Assembly (NCBI GenBank): GCA_027623675.1 | Contig: JAQBVF010000001.1 | Coordinates: 96,001 to 160,000, forward strand | From: Chloroflexota bacterium | Lineage (GTDB): Bacteria > Chloroflexota > Dehalococcoidia > Lucifugimonadales > UBA3495 | Direction of reading: 5' to 3' | Length of the DNA stretch: 64,000 nucleotides | Shown: in pieces, positions 49,164 to 58,015 of the stretch | Numbering within the stretch: position 1 is the stretch's first letter | Layout: the number at the start of each line of letters is the position of its first letter | Made by a program: the position numbers and the translations under genes | The notes under the pieces: model-generated | The model's input: only the letters and a program-made list of their open reading frames with translations | The model's database searches: none | What the model was told of the DNA's origin: nothing

Positions 49164-50030
49164 ATGCCCCAAGTGCAGACCCCCATGAGCGATCTGACCG
49201 TGGCCAACGGCGAAAGGCTGGCCTGGGGGACCCGCACCTATGTGATGGGCATCATCAACCTTACGCCGGATTCGTTCTCGGGGGACGGACTCGGCGGCGA
49301 TGTCTCGGCGGTGGTGGACCAGGCTCTGCGGTTCCAAGGAGAGGGCGCGGACCTTCTGGACCTGGGCGCCGAGTCATCCCGTCCCGGCCACGAACCGGTC
49401 TCACTGGAAGAGGAACTACACCGGTTGATGCCCGCGCTGGAAGCGGTAGCCAACCGGGTGGACCTGCCCATCAGCGTTGATACCTATAAGGTTGATGTGG
49501 CCCGCCGCGCCGTCGATGCCGGAGCCGTTATCATCAACGACATCTGGGGGCTGAAAGCCGAACCGCTGCTGGCGCAGGCCGCCGCCGACACCGGCGCCGG
49601 TCTGGTCCTGATGCACAACCAATCCGGGACCGCGTACCAAGACCTGCTGACGGACGTGGCCGCAAGCCTGCAAGCCAGCGTCGCCACGGCCATCGCCGCA
49701 GGGGTCCCGCAGGGGAACATCATCGTTGACCCTGGCATCGGCTTCGGCAAAACACCCGACCAGAACCTGGCGGTCTTGGCTGGACTGGGCGAACTCCAAG
49801 CCATCGGTTGCCCCTTGTTGGTGGGCACGTCCCGCAAGTCCACCTTGGGGCTGCTGTTGGACCTGCCGCCCGACCAGCGTGTCGAGGCCACTGCGGCCAC
49901 GGTTGCCCTGTCCATCGCCGGCGGGGCCGACATCGTGCGGGTCCACGACGTCAAGGAGATGGTCCGGGTCTGCCGGGTAACCGACGCCGTGGTCCGGGGT
50001 TGGCGGCCCGCGGACTGGAAGACGTCTTGA
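49164..50030 (+). CDS. folP: Dihydropteroate synthase
   Basis: VMGIINLTPDSFS, ESSRPG, SVDTYK, DPGIGFGK, SRK, RVHDV. Start 49164 or 49185. Confidence 0.95.
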   Translation: MPQVQTPMSDLTVANGERLAWGTRTYVMGIINLTPDSFSGDGLGGDVSAVVDQALRFQGEGADLLDLGAESSRPGHEPVSLEEELHRLMPALEAVANRVDLPISVDTYKVDVARRAVDAGAVIINDIWGLKAEPLLAQAAADTGAGLVLMHNQSGTAYQDLLTDVAASLQASVATAIAAGVPQGNIIVDPGIGFGKTPDQNLAVLAGLGELQAIGCPLLVGTSRKSTLGLLLDLPPDQRVEATAATVALSIAGGADIVRVHDVKEMVRVCRVTDAVVRGWRPADWKTS

Positions 50031-50518
50031 ACGGTGTCATCTGCTATCTGGGGCTTGGCGCCAACCTGGGCGACCGGCGGAGCAACCTGGACCTTGCCGT
50101 TCAGGGACTGGGATCCGGCGTAGAGCTGACGGTGCTCCGGACCTCCAGCGTCTACCAGACCGCCCCCTGGGGCCTGCTGGACCAGCCCGAATTCCTTAAC
50201 ATGGTGGCTGAGATATCCACCGTCATGTCGCCCCAGGACCTGCTCAAGCACGTAAAAAGCTTGGAGCAGGACTTGGGCCGGGTGCCCGGTGTCCGGCTTG
50301 GCCCCCGCCTGATCGACGTGGACATCCTGCTGTACGGAGACCAAGTGGTGGAGCAGCCAGACCTACATATTCCCCACGCCAGCCTGCATCTCAGGGCCTT
50401 CGCACTGGTCCCTCTGGCCGAGTTGGCGCCCCAGGCGGTGCACCCGGTCCTTGGCGCGACCATCGCCGGCCTGGCCGGGCAGGTAGACGGTTTGGACGGC
50501 GTAACCCGGTGCGTCTAA
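50027..50518 (+). CDS. folK: 2-amino-4-hydroxy-6-hydroxymethyldihydropteridine diphosphokinase
   Basis: YLGLGANLGD, FLN, GPRLIDVDIL, IPH, RAF..PL; TTGA overlap with folP. Confidence 0.93.
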   Translation: MNGVICYLGLGANLGDRRSNLDLAVQGLGSGVELTVLRTSSVYQTAPWGLLDQPEFLNMVAEISTVMSPQDLLKHVKSLEQDLGRVPGVRLGPRLIDVDILLYGDQVVEQPDLHIPHASLHLRAFALVPLAELAPQAVHPVLGATIAGLAGQVDGLDGVTRCV

Positions 50519-50564
50519 ATCCGATCGGTTAATCCCAGATGGGCCGATTCGTGCCTGAAATGGA

Positions 50565-50613
50565 TTAGCAGTCGCGACGCCCGGTTGACAATCTGGCCCG
50601 TCTGACGCATGAT
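50565..50613 (+). promoter_or_regulatory. groEL promoter with a degenerate CIRCE-like element over the -35
   Basis: TTGACA(50585)-N17-CATGAT; TTAGCAGTC-N9-GGTTGACAA. Confidence 0.5.
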
Positions 50614-50710
50614 TTTCAATCGGGAGTGCCCCAGTATCAATCTACGGACAAAAATCGCCCGAGCTGACGGCTGTTCTAGCGACGGCACTTATAGGAACGA
50701 GGAGACAGTC

Positions 50711-52336
50711 ATGGCCGACAAGCAACTCACATTTGACGAAGATGCCCGCGCTAGCTTGATGCGCGGCGTGGATGAGCTTAAACGGGTGGTTGGGCTAACC
50801 CTAGGCCCCAGCGGCCGCAACGTTCTGCTCAGCCGAATGTTTGGACTGCCCATCGTTTGCAGCGACGGCGTCACCGTCGCCAAAGAGGTGGAACTGCCCG
50901 ACCCCTACGAGAACCTGGGCGCCCAACTGGTCAAGGAGGCCGCATCCAAGACCAACGACGCGGTTGGCGACGGCACCACCACCTCGGTCGTGCTGACCCA
51001 GTCCATCCTCCGGAACGGCTTTATGAACGTGGCGTCGGGGGCCAACGGCATCGGCATCCGCGATGGCGTTGACCTCGCGGTGGCGGCCGTGGTCGCCGAG
51101 CTGAAGAACATGGCGATCCCCGTGAAGGACCGCGACCAAGTCGCCCGAGTCGCCGCCCTCTCCGCCCACGAAGAACCCATCGCCGAATTGCTGGCCGATG
51201 CCCTGGACAAAGTGGGACGGGACGGCGTGGTGACCATCGAAGAATCCAAGTCACTGGTTGACGAATTGGAGTTCGTGGAGGGCGTCCGCGTGGACCGCGG
51301 CTATCTCTCCCCCCACTTCGTCAGCGACACCCAGCGGATGGAAGCGGCCATCGACAATCCCATGTTCCTCCTGACCGACCAGAAGATCAGCTCCCCCAAC
51401 GAGGTCGTTGGAATCATGGAAAAGATGCTGCAGGCCGGAAAACGCTCGTTGGTCATCATCGCCGAAGATGTTGACGGCGAGGCTCTGTCCACCCTGGTGG
51501 TCAACAAGCTGCGGGGCACCATCGACTGCGTGGCCATCAAGGCCCCCGGCTTCGGTGAGCGGCGCAAGGCCCTGCTGGAGGATATCGCCATCGTCACCGG
51601 CGGCACCGTGATCAGCGCCGACCGGGGCCTCAAGGTCGAGGATGCCGACATCCCGCTCTTGGGCACCGCCCGCCGGCTGGTGGCCAGCAAAGACGAGTCC
51701 ACCATCGTTGAGGGACACGGCGACGACACGGCCATCAAAGATCGATTGAACCAACTGCGCGTCCAGATCGAAGAGACCACCTCCGATTACGACCGGGAGA
51801 AACTCCAAGAGCGCATGGCCGCGCTGGTGGGCGGCGTTGCCGTGCTCAAGATCGGCGGCACAACCGAGCCGGAGATCAACGAACGCAAGTCTCGGGCCGA
51901 AGACGCTCTTTCCGCCACCAGGGCCGCCATCGAAGAGGGGATCGTCCCCGGCGGCGGGGTCGCTCTGGTTCGGGCCGGGCATGTCTTGAACGACCTGATC
52001 AGTGGCCTTGAGGGCGACCAAGCCGTCGGCGCGCGGATGGTCCGCGACGCCCTCAGCGCGCCGTTGCTGCTCATCTGCCAGAACGCCGGACATGAAGGCC
52101 AAGTGGTACTGGAAGGTGTTCGCACCGGCGAGGGCGACTGGGGCTTCGACGCCGACAAAGGCGAATATTGCAACTTGATCGCGGCCGGAATCATCGACCC
52201 GGTGAAAGTCACCAGGTCCGCCCTGGAGAACGCGGGAAGCATCGCGGGAATGATGTTGACCACCCAGGCGATCATCACGGAGATTCCAGAGTTCGTGCCC
52301 CTGCCCCAAGACATCCAAGACTTTATGCACGACTAG
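50711..52336 (+). CDS. groEL: Chaperonin GroEL, divergent stand-alone paralog
   Basis: TLGP.GRNV, DGVTVAKE, GDGTTT, KAPGFG, EEGIVPGGG; no adjacent groES; no Gly-Met tail. Confidence 0.92.
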   Translation: MADKQLTFDEDARASLMRGVDELKRVVGLTLGPSGRNVLLSRMFGLPIVCSDGVTVAKEVELPDPYENLGAQLVKEAASKTNDAVGDGTTTSVVLTQSILRNGFMNVASGANGIGIRDGVDLAVAAVVAELKNMAIPVKDRDQVARVAALSAHEEPIAELLADALDKVGRDGVVTIEESKSLVDELEFVEGVRVDRGYLSPHFVSDTQRMEAAIDNPMFLLTDQKISSPNEVVGIMEKMLQAGKRSLVIIAEDVDGEALSTLVVNKLRGTIDCVAIKAPGFGERRKALLEDIAIVTGGTVISADRGLKVEDADIPLLGTARRLVASKDESTIVEGHGDDTAIKDRLNQLRVQIEETTSDYDREKLQERMAALVGGVAVLKIGGTTEPEINERKSRAEDALSATRAAIEEGIVPGGGVALVRAGHVLNDLISGLEGDQAVGARMVRDALSAPLLLICQNAGHEGQVVLEGVRTGEGDWGFDADKGEYCNLIAAGIIDPVKVTRSALENAGSIAGMMLTTQAIITEIPEFVPLPQDIQDFMHD

Positions 52337-52449
52337 CCGCACGCGGCATCCCAGCCTATGCGAAGACCGGCCCGGTCCAGCCACCGAACTCAAGTGGCCG
52401 GCCGGGCCTAGTTATTTCTGCGGCTTGAAGCCGCTGATTGGATGATTTA

Positions 52450-52968
52450 ATGCCGGGTACACCGCTGGACCGCGATTCCATCGCCAGCCTGATCTACGGG
52501 TCTCCGCCTCTGTTGGCGGACTATCTGTCGTTGGAGGCACAACTGCAGCCCAACGGGTTTGATCTGTCTCTAAAGGCTGTAGCCGGGCTGACGACACCCG
52601 GAGCCGTCGGCGCGGAAGACGCTGACCGGGAATTGTCGGAAACCGAGCCGATGGACTTTGGGCCCGGCGGCTGGCTGCAACTGGCGCCCGGCCCCTATCT
52701 GGTCACTTTCAATGAAGTGGTCAACCTGCCGCTGAACGTCATGGCATTGGGACGGCCCCGCTCCAGCTTGCTCCGCAGCGGCGTGGCGATCCACACCGCC
52801 GTTTGGGATGCCGGCTACCGGGGGCGGTCCCAGGCCCTGCTGGTGGTCTATCAGCCGGGCGGCTACCGGGTGCAGCGCGACGCCCGCCTGATGCAACTGG
52901 TGTTCTTCAGCATGGAGACCGCCGTGGGCGAAGGCTACCAGGGCCGGTTCCAGTCCGAGAATCTCTAG
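52450..52968 (+). CDS. Trimeric dUTPase/dCTP deaminase-family protein (archaeal-like dUTPase)
   Basis: QPNGFDL, PRSSLLRSG, WDAGYRG, QLVF, YQG.FQ. No deaminase Glu is evident after the DxGY motif. Confidence 0.8.
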   Translation: MPGTPLDRDSIASLIYGSPPLLADYLSLEAQLQPNGFDLSLKAVAGLTTPGAVGAEDADRELSETEPMDFGPGGWLQLAPGPYLVTFNEVVNLPLNVMALGRPRSSLLRSGVAIHTAVWDAGYRGRSQALLVVYQPGGYRVQRDARLMQLVFFSMETAVGEGYQGRFQSENL

Positions 52969-52983
52969 GATAGTTAAACGCCG

Positions 52984-54141
52984 ATGGGTCCAGCAGCAGG
53001 CGCGATGCAAGACCTGAAAACCCACATCACCGAGTATGCCGGCCAGTGCGGGTTCGACCTGGTGCGGATCACCGGGGCCAATGCGTTCGCCGAGGAGCGC
53101 GACGCCGCTCTGGCGCGCATCCAGGCCGGGCAGATGGACGGCCTGCCCTGGTTCACCGAGTCCCGGGTCCGGCGCGGCGCTGACCCAGAAGCTCTGCTCC
53201 CCGGCGCGCGGTCCATCATCTGTCTGGGTCTGAGCTATCTTGGCCCCGGATCAGAGGAACCACCGGAACCCGGTAGGGGAAAGATCGCCCGCTACGCCAG
53301 GGTGAAGGACTATCACCGCGTCATGAAGCGGCGGATGAAGGCCTTTGTGCGCGGCTTAGAAGAGCATCTCGGAGAAACTGTCGCGGCACGCTGGTACGTG
53401 GATGACGGCCCCATGCTGGACCGCGCGGCTGCGGCCCGGTCCGGGCTTGGTTGGTTCGGCAAAAGCACCAACATCCTCACCCCGTCCCACGGCTCATGGG
53501 TGCTGCTTGGGCAGGTGATCACCGACCTGGAACTGATGCCCGACGCACCCTCGAAAAAGACCTGCGGCGCCTGTGTCCGCTGCATCGACGATTGCCCCAC
53601 CGGCGCCATCGTGGCCCCGTACGTGGTCGACAACGCCCGCTGCATCTCCTACCAGACCATCGAGAACCGCGGCGTCATTCCCGTCGAGATGCGGCCGCTC
53701 ATCGGCGATTGGATATTCGGCTGCGACATCTGCCAGGACGTTTGCCCGGTCAACCGCAGATCAAAGCTGCCCCAGTTGCCCATCCCCCCGGCTGATGCGG
53801 TGGGCGCGGCGGGAGAGGTTGATCTGGAGGAGATACTGTCACTGACCGAAGAGGAGTTCCGAAACCGGTTCCAGGGCACGTCGGTCATGCGGGCCAAACG
53901 CGTCGGCCTACAGAAGAATGCCTGTGTGGCGCTGGGGAACGCAGGGAACCGGTCGGCGGCGCCGGCGTTGGAGCGCGCCATGGAGACCGGCGAACCAATG
54001 GTGCGGGGGCACGCCGCTTGGGCCCTGGGGAAGATCGCTGGTCCAAAGGCAAAGGCCGTCTTGGACCAGTCGCTGACAACCGAAGACGACCCCTACGTCC
54101 GGGGAGAGATTGAGGCGGCGCTGCGGGAGTTCGTTCTCTAA
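52984..54141 (+). CDS. queG: Epoxyqueuosine reductase
   Basis: IARYA..DYH, VDDGP, SGLGWFGK, CGACVRCIDDCPTG, GCDICQDVCP, HEAT-like C-terminus. Confidence 0.94.
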   Translation: MGPAAGAMQDLKTHITEYAGQCGFDLVRITGANAFAEERDAALARIQAGQMDGLPWFTESRVRRGADPEALLPGARSIICLGLSYLGPGSEEPPEPGRGKIARYARVKDYHRVMKRRMKAFVRGLEEHLGETVAARWYVDDGPMLDRAAAARSGLGWFGKSTNILTPSHGSWVLLGQVITDLELMPDAPSKKTCGACVRCIDDCPTGAIVAPYVVDNARCISYQTIENRGVIPVEMRPLIGDWIFGCDICQDVCPVNRRSKLPQLPIPPADAVGAAGEVDLEEILSLTEEEFRNRFQGTSVMRAKRVGLQKNACVALGNAGNRSAAPALERAMETGEPMVRGHAAWALGKIAGPKAKAVLDQSLTTEDDPYVRGEIEAALREFVL

Positions 54142-54158
54142 CTCGACTACGAACTCGA

Positions 54159-54716
54159 CTAGGCGGACTGGGCCGTTTGGGCGTTGCCTGACCCCGCTTT
54201 CTTGCGGCCTCCGGAACGGCGGCGGCGCTGGTTGTTGGCCGGCGGGTTGAAGTCGGCGGGAACGTAGCCCTTGCCGAAGTGGAGCTTCTTCATCTCTTCT
54301 TCTATCAGGATGAAGTCGTTCTTGGGCAGCAGATGAAGGTTGGCCTGGAAGGCCATGTACCAATCCTCGGGGTTCCACCGCTTGATGTACTCGAGGCGGG
54401 GCGCCAGCATGTTGGCGTCGATGAACTGACTGTCCTCCAGGATCACACCGGGCTTCAGCTTGATGTGGTAGGGGAAGCCGGTACTACCCTCCTTGACCCA
54501 GATCTCTTCCTCGGCTTCATAGAACGAGGACATGGCGGTCGCGGTGGCGGCGAAGCAGCGCCGGTGGGAGATATAAAGGAGCACGCGGTCTCCCTCGGTG
54601 ATCCGCTGCACCTTGCGCCGGTGTTGCGCCTTCAGGCCCAAAAGAGTGAATCCCCGCTCCTTCGTGATGCGGTAATTCTCCTCGTTATTGATCATCATCC
54701 AAAAATTGCTGGGCAT
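54159..54716 (-). CDS. EVE-domain (PUA-like) protein with Arg-rich tail
   Basis: FW..N.ENY, GDRVLLY, FPY, DF.LIE pattern; GAGGTG RBS. Confidence 0.75.
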   Translation of the reverse strand: MPSNFWMMINNEENYRITKERGFTLLGLKAQHRRKVQRITEGDRVLLYISHRRCFAATATAMSSFYEAEEEIWVKEGSTGFPYHIKLKPGVILEDSQFIDANMLAPRLEYIKRWNPEDWYMAFQANLHLLPKNDFILIEEEMKKLHFGKGYVPADFNPPANNQRRRRSGGRKKAGSGNAQTAQSA

Positions 54717-55002
54717 ACACACCTCGAAAACCAGACCGTGGGCCATCTCACGCCCTACAGCCAAACCCGCTTCATTCTATCATGATAAAGACTATCAATC
54801 GCTAAAGAGCTGAAGACAGCAAGATATCAATGATGATGGGGCCGCCGTGTCTGATCTTCCGGCAATTTCTTCCGGGATATTGTGCTGTCTTGGGGGGTGT
54901 TGTAACATCAGGCGGGCTTCGGCAGGTTTCCACTAGGCAGGCTTGGCTGACCCCGGCTCGGCACTCGCGGCAATCGCGGATCATTTAAGAGGAATAATCA
55001 TT

Positions 55003-56178
55003 ATGACCACTGGGAACACGGGACAACGGGACATCGCCATCGTCGGCGTGGCCGAATCAGACGTTATGGGTACGGTCCCCAACAAGTCTTCGCTGCAACA
55101 CCACGCCGAAGCCGGCCACAACGCACTGGCTGACGCCGGACTGTCCAAGAGCGACGTTGACGGCCTGTTGACCGCCGGCGGCTCCACCTTGGTCACCGCC
55201 GAGTACATGGGTATCCACCCAACGTTCACCGACAGCACCACCGTCGGCGGGTCTTCTTTCGTGATCCACGTTGCCCACGCCATGGCAGCCATCCGCGCCG
55301 GTTACTGCGAGGTGGCCCTGATCACCCACGGTCAGGCCGGTCGCTCGGCCAGGGCCCGGTTCCCCGCGGACGGCAATCTGCCTTTCCAGCAATACGAAGC
55401 GCCCTATGGGTTCATTGGAGCGCCGATCAACTACTCGCTGGCCTGCTCGCGGTACATGCACCAGTTCGGCGAGGACCGCACCCGCCAGGGCATGGCCGAG
55501 ATCGCCGTGGCCACCCGCAAATGGGCCAACCTGAACCCCAAGGCCCTGATGCATGACACAACAATGAGCTTCGATGAGTACCACGACTCTCGCTGGGTGT
55601 CCTGGCCCTTCCACCTTTTCGACTGCTGTTTGGTAACCGACTCGGGCGCGGCCATCATCGTGACCACCGCCGAACGGGCCAAGAGCCTCAAGAAAGCGCC
55701 GGTCTGGGTGTTGGGCGCCGGTGAAGGTCACGACCACAACCTGGTTAGCCAGATGCCCGACTACACCTCTACCTGGGCCAGGCGGTCCGGGCCGCTGTCC
55801 ATGCAACGGGCCGGCATCACCCACGACGATCTGGACCTGACCATGATCTATGACTCCTTCACCTACACCGTGATGGTGACTTTGGAGAGCATGGGCTTCT
55901 GCGCACCGGGGGAGGCCGCCGACTTCGTGGCCAACCAACGGACGGCGCCCGGCGGCGATTTCTCGCTGAACACCAGTGGCGGCGGACTGTCGTACACCCA
56001 CCCCGGCATGTACGGCAGCTTCCTGTTGGTGGAGGCGGTCCGGCAGTTGAGGGGCGAGGCTGGCGACCGGCAAGTGAAGAGCAAGCGCGACCCCAGCCAG
56101 AACGCCAAGCTGGCCGTGGTCAACGGCACCGGCGGCTCCCTGTCTTCGACCGGAACTGTGGTCTTGGCCACGGATTAA
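55003..56178 (+). CDS. Thiolase-fold protein (SCP2/Ltp2-like, no nucleophile Cys)
   Basis: VGGSS, DCCLVTD, IYDSFT, NTSGGGLSYTHPG, EAVRQLRG. Confidence 0.85.
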   Translation: MTTGNTGQRDIAIVGVAESDVMGTVPNKSSLQHHAEAGHNALADAGLSKSDVDGLLTAGGSTLVTAEYMGIHPTFTDSTTVGGSSFVIHVAHAMAAIRAGYCEVALITHGQAGRSARARFPADGNLPFQQYEAPYGFIGAPINYSLACSRYMHQFGEDRTRQGMAEIAVATRKWANLNPKALMHDTTMSFDEYHDSRWVSWPFHLFDCCLVTDSGAAIIVTTAERAKSLKKAPVWVLGAGEGHDHNLVSQMPDYTSTWARRSGPLSMQRAGITHDDLDLTMIYDSFTYTVMVTLESMGFCAPGEAADFVANQRTAPGGDFSLNTSGGGLSYTHPGMYGSFLLVEAVRQLRGEAGDRQVKSKRDPSQNAKLAVVNGTGGSLSSTGTVVLATD

Positions 56179-56222
56179 AACCCGGCCCTAGGACCCCGTC
56201 CGGTACACTTTCCCCGCTTCAC

Positions 56223-56258
56223 AAGGCGGCTCACTCCACGAGCCGCCTTTTCATTTTT
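56223..56258 (+). terminator. Intrinsic terminator
   Basis: AAGGCGGCTC-ACTCCAC-GAGCCGCCTT followed by a T-rich tail. Confidence 0.8.
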
Positions 56259-56398
56259 ACCAAAAACTTGCATTTCTCCGCTTATGTTTGGTCAATCATC
56301 CTTGGATTCACCTATGCTAGGGTGTCTGCATACTATTGGGTCAGCGTCTATGGCGCTCTCTCATCATTTGTTCCGCCGATGGCGAAAGGATTTTGTAC

Positions 56399-57379
56399 AT
56401 GGACCGCACTATTTCCTCTTTTCTTCAGCACCTCATCGTCGAAAAAGGCTTCTCCCGCAACACCTCCGACGCCTACCGCAACGACCTGGGCCAGTTCTGG
56501 GAATTTCTACAGGACCACGGCAGCGGCCGGTCCAAAGAGCACACGGCTGAAAACGGCAACGGCCATACCAATGGCAACGGCAACGGGCACACCAACGGCA
56601 ACAGCGCCTCCCTCTGGGAAACCGTGGACATCAACATCCTCAACCTCTACATCGAGGACCTGAGAGTCCGCAAGGGATACCGCGACACCACCACCGCCCG
56701 CAAGGTGGCCTCCATCAAGTCGTTCTTCGGGTTCCTCTTAGAGAACAGCCTCATCACGGAAGACCCCACCGAGTCACTGGGTTCGCCCCGCGTCGGCCGC
56801 ACCCTGCCCAAGTTCCTCCCGGAGGAGGACGTGACCACTCTGCTGGATGCCGCTTATAAGTCGGGCACCAACGAGGGTCAACGCGACGCCGTCATCATGG
56901 AACTGCTCTACGCCACCGGACTGCGGGTTGGCGAGTTGGTCTCCTTGAACGTGCAGGACGCCGACCTGTCTGAATCCTACATCCGCTGTCTGGGCAAGGG
57001 CTCCAAGGAGCGCATCGTTCACCTGTACCCCAAAGCCTTGGAAGAGCTGCGGCGCTATCTGAAGCAGGCCCGAGTGGCGCTGCTGGGCCACCGCCGCACC
57101 GAACAGTCGATGTTCGTCAATCACCGCGGCGAGCGCCTGACCCGCCAGTGGGTCTGGACCATTTTAAAGACCTACGCGCAGAAGGCCGGGATCAGCCAGA
57201 ACATCACCCCCCACACCCTGCGGCACAGCTTCGCCACACACCTGCTGCAGAATGGGGCCTCACTCAGGCACGTACAGGAGTTGCTGGGCCATTCCAGCAT
57301 CTCCACCACCCAGGTGTATACCCACCTGACCGACGGCCACGTGCAGCAAGAGTACGTAAAGAGTCACCCTAGGGCCTGA
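56399..57379 (+). CDS. xerD: Site-specific tyrosine recombinase XerD
   Basis: VEKGFSRNT..AY..DL, LYATGLRV.E, GKGSKER, PHTLRHSFATHLL, LLGHSSISTTQVYTH. Confidence 0.88.
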   Translation: MDRTISSFLQHLIVEKGFSRNTSDAYRNDLGQFWEFLQDHGSGRSKEHTAENGNGHTNGNGNGHTNGNSASLWETVDINILNLYIEDLRVRKGYRDTTTARKVASIKSFFGFLLENSLITEDPTESLGSPRVGRTLPKFLPEEDVTTLLDAAYKSGTNEGQRDAVIMELLYATGLRVGELVSLNVQDADLSESYIRCLGKGSKERIVHLYPKALEELRRYLKQARVALLGHRRTEQSMFVNHRGERLTRQWVWTILKTYAQKAGISQNITPHTLRHSFATHLLQNGASLRHVQELLGHSSISTTQVYTHLTDGHVQQEYVKSHPRA

Positions 57380-57611
57380 TTGCACGGCATCCGGTCCGTA
57401 CCCGGATGTTGCTACGAACCAGGCGCGTCACAGGGCAGTCCGGCTCGGCTAGAACGGCGGATAAGCCGGTAATTCCGTGTCTACGGACTGCCCTTTTTTA
57501 CCGATTACTGATATAGTTGAACTGTTGCCGTGAGACTGAATCACAGGCTTTCATCAACCTTAGGCAGCCTCAATCAGAATTACAAACACCCTCCTCAGGA
57601 GGAACCCACCA

Positions 57612-58010
57612 ATGGCGGGAAAAGGTCGCCGGGCCGCATCCCGGCAAGGACAACTGAAACGAAAGCGGGTCCAGAAGGGACCCAGCGGAATCCCCACAAC
57701 CCGCCGCACTACCGCGGTTGACGGGGGCGAACAACCCGTGGGCATCACTGCGGGCGTCGAGGATGCCGAGTTGGAAGGCGCCGCCGAGGCCGCGATGCCA
57801 GCCGAAGCTCCTGTGGCAGCCCCTCGCACGCGCCGGCCGTCTACCGTCGCCCGCACCCCTCATGGCGAGTTCTCCGGAGCGGGGCAACAGGGCCGGCTGC
57901 GGGGCGAACGCCCGGCAGCCTACCTGTTTGCCGGCGCGGAATTCCGGCGCATCATGGTCCTCACCAGTGTTATCGTCGCAGCCCTAATAGTCCTGGGAAT
58001 AGTCCTCTAG
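57612..58010 (+). CDS. Hypothetical protein with basic N-terminus and a single C-terminal TM helix
   Basis: AGGAGG RBS; ends 5 nt before uvrC. Confidence 0.7.
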   Translation: MAGKGRRAASRQGQLKRKRVQKGPSGIPTTRRTTAVDGGEQPVGITAGVEDAELEGAAEAAMPAEAPVAAPRTRRPSTVARTPHGEFSGAGQQGRLRGERPAAYLFAGAEFRRIMVLTSVIVAALIVLGIVL

Positions 58011-58015
58011 CCAAT

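Noticed and set aside
56399..57379. Tyrosine recombinase as a prophage or island integrase
   Set aside because: XerD-type signatures, housekeeping neighbours, and no att repeats, tRNA or cargo genes.
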